This document shows, in pieces, positions 60,170 to 64,000 of a DNA stretch of 64,000 bases. The position numbers and the translations under genes were made by a program. Each line of letters begins with the position of its first letter. Positions within the stretch are counted from its first letter, which is position 1. Location of the stretch: the NCBI GenBank assembly GCA_907165135.1, contig OU015566.1, forward strand, positions 14,384,001 through 14,448,000, in the 5' to 3' direction. A model generated the notes under the pieces. The model was not told the DNA's origin, made no database searches, and saw only the letters and a list, made by a program, of their open reading frames with translations. The stretch comes from Oikopleura dioica (taxonomy: Eukaryota > Animalia > Chordata).

Positions 60170-63100
60170 TTTGTTAAATTCAAATAAAAAATTCAAATAA
60201 AAATTTTATTGAAAAAGTCGATTCGTGATCTCGTGAAAATCTCGTAATAGATTATTTTTTGTATCAATTTTTAATTACGATAAAAGTTGTACTTTGAAAG
60301 AATCGATCCCTTCCATTTATTTCTATTTCGTATTTAGACGAGGAAGGAACGCGAAAATCAAAGTCCGCAAATTGCGCGTGACGCCGTCTGGTCTTTCGCC
60401 AAGAAAACCTCAAAAAGATACTTTTTTCTTTCTCGAAAAACGTTAGTATCAATGATACTCCCCACGAGGGTTGATAGCCACTCTTTCGAGCATAATTTTG
60501 GGCACGCGCCCAATTTTTCGTTTTCTTTCAAGTATTTTTCAAAAACAAGGTTCCGTTTTTTTTCTTCTTTATTTTTAGGTCACATAGCATAACGAGACAG
60601 AAAATTGTCATAAAATTTCTGCGAGCTTTGTTTGTTATCTTGATGATTGCTGATGTATTTGAGGATTTGCTCGCTTTGTCGCATGTTTTCTAGCGCCTTT
60701 TGCTTGATTTCGGCCTGAACATTGGTTTTCTTAGAAAAAAGAAATTTCTACTTACAGTAAGGATGCCAGTAAAAAGCGAGGAAAAGAGCTCAAATCTCAT
60801 TTTCTTCCAGATTGATACCTAAAGCGCTCAAATCAGACATTTTTAAACGGCGGACAAGTCCAATTTTAATGAGCAAATGTTTTCGCCTCCCGAACCAACG
60901 AAAATACCGCATTTTGAATCAACAACCCTAAATAAGAAATTTAAATTAAACACGAACTCGCAGCTGCAGGTTACAACTGCTCGAAACAAGCCGCAAAAAA
61001 TATTTTTTTTCAAAGTTGACATTTTTGATTTTCGATTTTTGCGATTTTCTTGGCCCGAGCGAGATCCTTACTGTAAATTTAATTGGCTGTGTTTTTATTA
61101 TCTGACCCTTGGCGGGTGTGTGTTTGGCGATTTCCTGTTTTGGGCGCAAACAATGCTCTTAGGAAGGGCACGAGCGGAATACACATTTTCCGGTTTACAA
61201 GTCAAGTCTACCGCTAGAGCGGATAAGCCGGAAACGAGACGAGAAATGATCGACTCAGCGGTCAAGAACCCTTTTCTTGTTGAAAACTGGGACGAGTTAA
61301 TTCAATCTTGACGACTTCATTCATCATTTTCAAGAAGAATTAAGGGTATCCAAAACGATTTTTCATTCTTCTAACATTTTCAGCCAAGAAAGTAGTCAAT
61401 TGATCCGAAACTTTAGCCAAAAATTTCAAATAAAAAATTCCAGGACAAGTAATTTTCCTTCCCATATTCGGCCAAAAAAGGTGCAAAACACACTTCGCTG
61501 CTCAGTAAAAATTTTCCCAGCCCCTAACCACCCTCCTCTAAAATATTTTTTAAGTTGTTTATTTACTGAACTGAACAGGTACTTGATTACGACAGAGAGG
61601 AGAAGGTGTCTTTTCCCTCTCTTCTTCGGGTAGGTGTAATCTAATTATATAAAAGACACTTTGCTCGACTTTTACTCGCCCAGAAGTGGCCCTTGAGCTC
61701 GTCGGAGTTGTGAATTTTGTCACGTGAACAAAGTCCAACTCGCTCTTCAAATGATTGTAATTTTTTTAGGAATAAATAAGTCATGGAAGGGGATATGCCG
61801 TAGGTCTTTACGAGACTATTTGTAGATATTCAGAGAGCTTAGAACACAAAAATCCTGTAAATGTAACTTTTTCGACAATTATGGTTTTTGAAAAAAACTC
61901 GTTAAAAGCTAATAATTTCCTTGCTTTAAGTTGTTTCCTCCTTTTCTCCCAATTTTCAGCAACAGGAAGCGCCTTTCCTTGCCAAGTTGTCGAAAAAGTA
62001 TAAAAACTCCACGTGCTCCATAAAAATTTCAACTTGAGGAAATCACTTTCACGGCCAAGTTCTCGTCATTGTCCAGAAATTTGGGAAGTCGTTACAAATA
62101 ATGAAAAAAAAAACGAAACAATAAAAAAAACTTCATTTTTTCCAACAAAGAAGGAGGCTTTTTGCAACTTCCTCTTTCCCATGTCCGAGATTGAGGATTC
62201 TTTTCTAGAAAGATAAAAAAATAACCATAAAGTTGGTTAGATTACATCTCATATGAATTTATAATGGAAAGGAAAGTCATGAACCTAGAATTTAATTTAA
62301 TCTAATTTTGACGCCTCCGAAAATAGAGTAGAGAGAGAAATATGCTATTCTCATTAGCGGAGGTCCCTTATCACTGAAATCGACCGAAAACGAGCTCATT
62401 CTTGACCTCCTGGTCTGAGAATAACAATCGAGAATGACGTCCCAGTGTTATCGACAGAAATCGTCATAATAAGCTCATCCCACGCTGCGCCCGATCAGCA
62501 TTATTGCCTTTTTCTGCTGCTCTATAAAATTGACTCCAAAACTCGATAAGCGTCAATTGAATCTTCTGAATTGACTTCTGGAAACTTTCTATTTGCATTT
62601 CAAAGTCTTAGAATCTTAAGCAAGCAATAATTTCGCAGTTTCGACAAGGAGTAAGACAAAACTCTGACACGATAATTGCATCCGCAAAGGAAGTGTTCTC
62701 ACACTCGTTTGTTTTCCTTTCCTTCCTGTCCTTTTCTCGCTTGAGCTGGTTGATAAACGATAACGAATTATTCGAATTCGAAACGCTGCTGATAATTAGC
62801 AGCGTAATTCGAGCTGGCTACAAGTTCCATTCCACTGCGCCTCCTTTTCTAGTGCTATTTTCCCAGGACTGACCCTTCCGGAAACTTCAAATTTGGAGAT
62901 CGAAAGAATCGAGTTTTCGAGACGGTCGTAAATCGACCTGGTCGTTCTCAGAGTGTCGCTGCCAGCTTGATGAACTTTGTCTTGATTTTTTAGAATGCGT
63001 AAAAATGAACGTTCTCGTTTCTTATTTACGGCGTGTTACTTCAATAATGGATGGGCAAGACGCCCGATTTCCGGTGCATAATGGACAGACCTTTCCAATT

Positions 63101-64000
63101 CTTGTTTTTCATTAAAATTTTTCATAAGATTGGGGTGAGTAACACCCTTAAATTTGAAAATGTTAAGTAAGAAGTGGATAACGGTGGTATATCCTTAAGA
63201 AAAGTCGTAATCTTAAGGGTCCAACACTTGATTAAAACTTTTGAAATACTCACTTTGCCAGGGACACCCTTATTCGCTGAGATTTATCCGCTCAAAGTGG
63301 CGTCTCTTTAGGTGCCCCTCTCTTGGAAAAGAGGCAAATATTTAGGTGATCAAAACGGTAAAGAGGCCGCGTTTGAATCGGCGAAACCGCGAATTTACGA
63401 ATCATTATATTTGCAAGTACGTCCGGCCTCGAGTCCGTGATTTATCTTCAAGCCGGTTGAGAAAGAAAAATACGATCATGAGAAAGAGTGTTTTTTACAC
63501 TCTTGATAAAAAGAAAAGCCGAAAAATAAATTTGAATTGTGGAAATTAGAGTTTTTGTTTCAAATTTTCAGCGGCGAATTCTTTTGAAAAAATGATATTC
63601 AGATTAATTTTAGACGGATGAAATTATGTCTCACCGAAGGATGATGCTTTTAGACGTCAGAAGTCTTCGAGCCAAAAGTTTTCGAAGTGCGAAAAAGCTA
63701 AAGTAAGTTTCAGAGCAATACTTGATCAAAACGATCAAGTACCAATTCCCGAAGAAAAAGAAGTGGCACATGGAGAAGCACGTGATATCGTGATGGAAAG
63801 ATGGAAAATTTGGCCGAGCTCTTGTGGGAAATTAGAAGATCATCCTATAACTCGAGAGTGCTCGAGATCAAGGTCGTCAACTTATATCACACAGCTGTAT
63901 AAAACACTCTATTTGCCATCAACAACGAAAAACGGGTTCTCAAATAAATTTCGTCGAAAATTTTCTTTCAAGAAAAAAGTATCGTTTTGAAGAACAGATT

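Overview
Eukaryotic genomic DNA, most likely an appendicularian tunicate (Oikopleura-type). This is inferred from the compact multi-exon genes, many 38-55 nt introns, several apparent non-GT donors and dense MITEs. About 15 genes could be hand-spliced: two RING genes (one EVH1-coiled coil-RING), a NAT8-like acetyltransferase, LARP6, a Kringle protein, three kelch/beta-propeller-like genes, a 7-exon GdhA-type (NADP-class) glutamate dehydrogenase, three tandem CUB-domain secreted proteins, an acid-ceramidase-like gene, a large secreted glycosidase-like protein, a 48-aa Trp-rich secreted peptide, an intronless Pax3/7 and a DDR-like receptor with no kinase. The most striking pattern is three related hAT-like elements (CAGRGKTC termini, 7-8 bp target duplications) inserted inside genes so that the reading frame can survive; two of them duplicate an AG|G proto-splice site and could be spliced out exactly (introner-like). 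No rRNA, tRNA, SL RNA or CRISPR array was recognised. All exon models and family assignments were made by eye and from remembered motifs; no database search or alignment was run.
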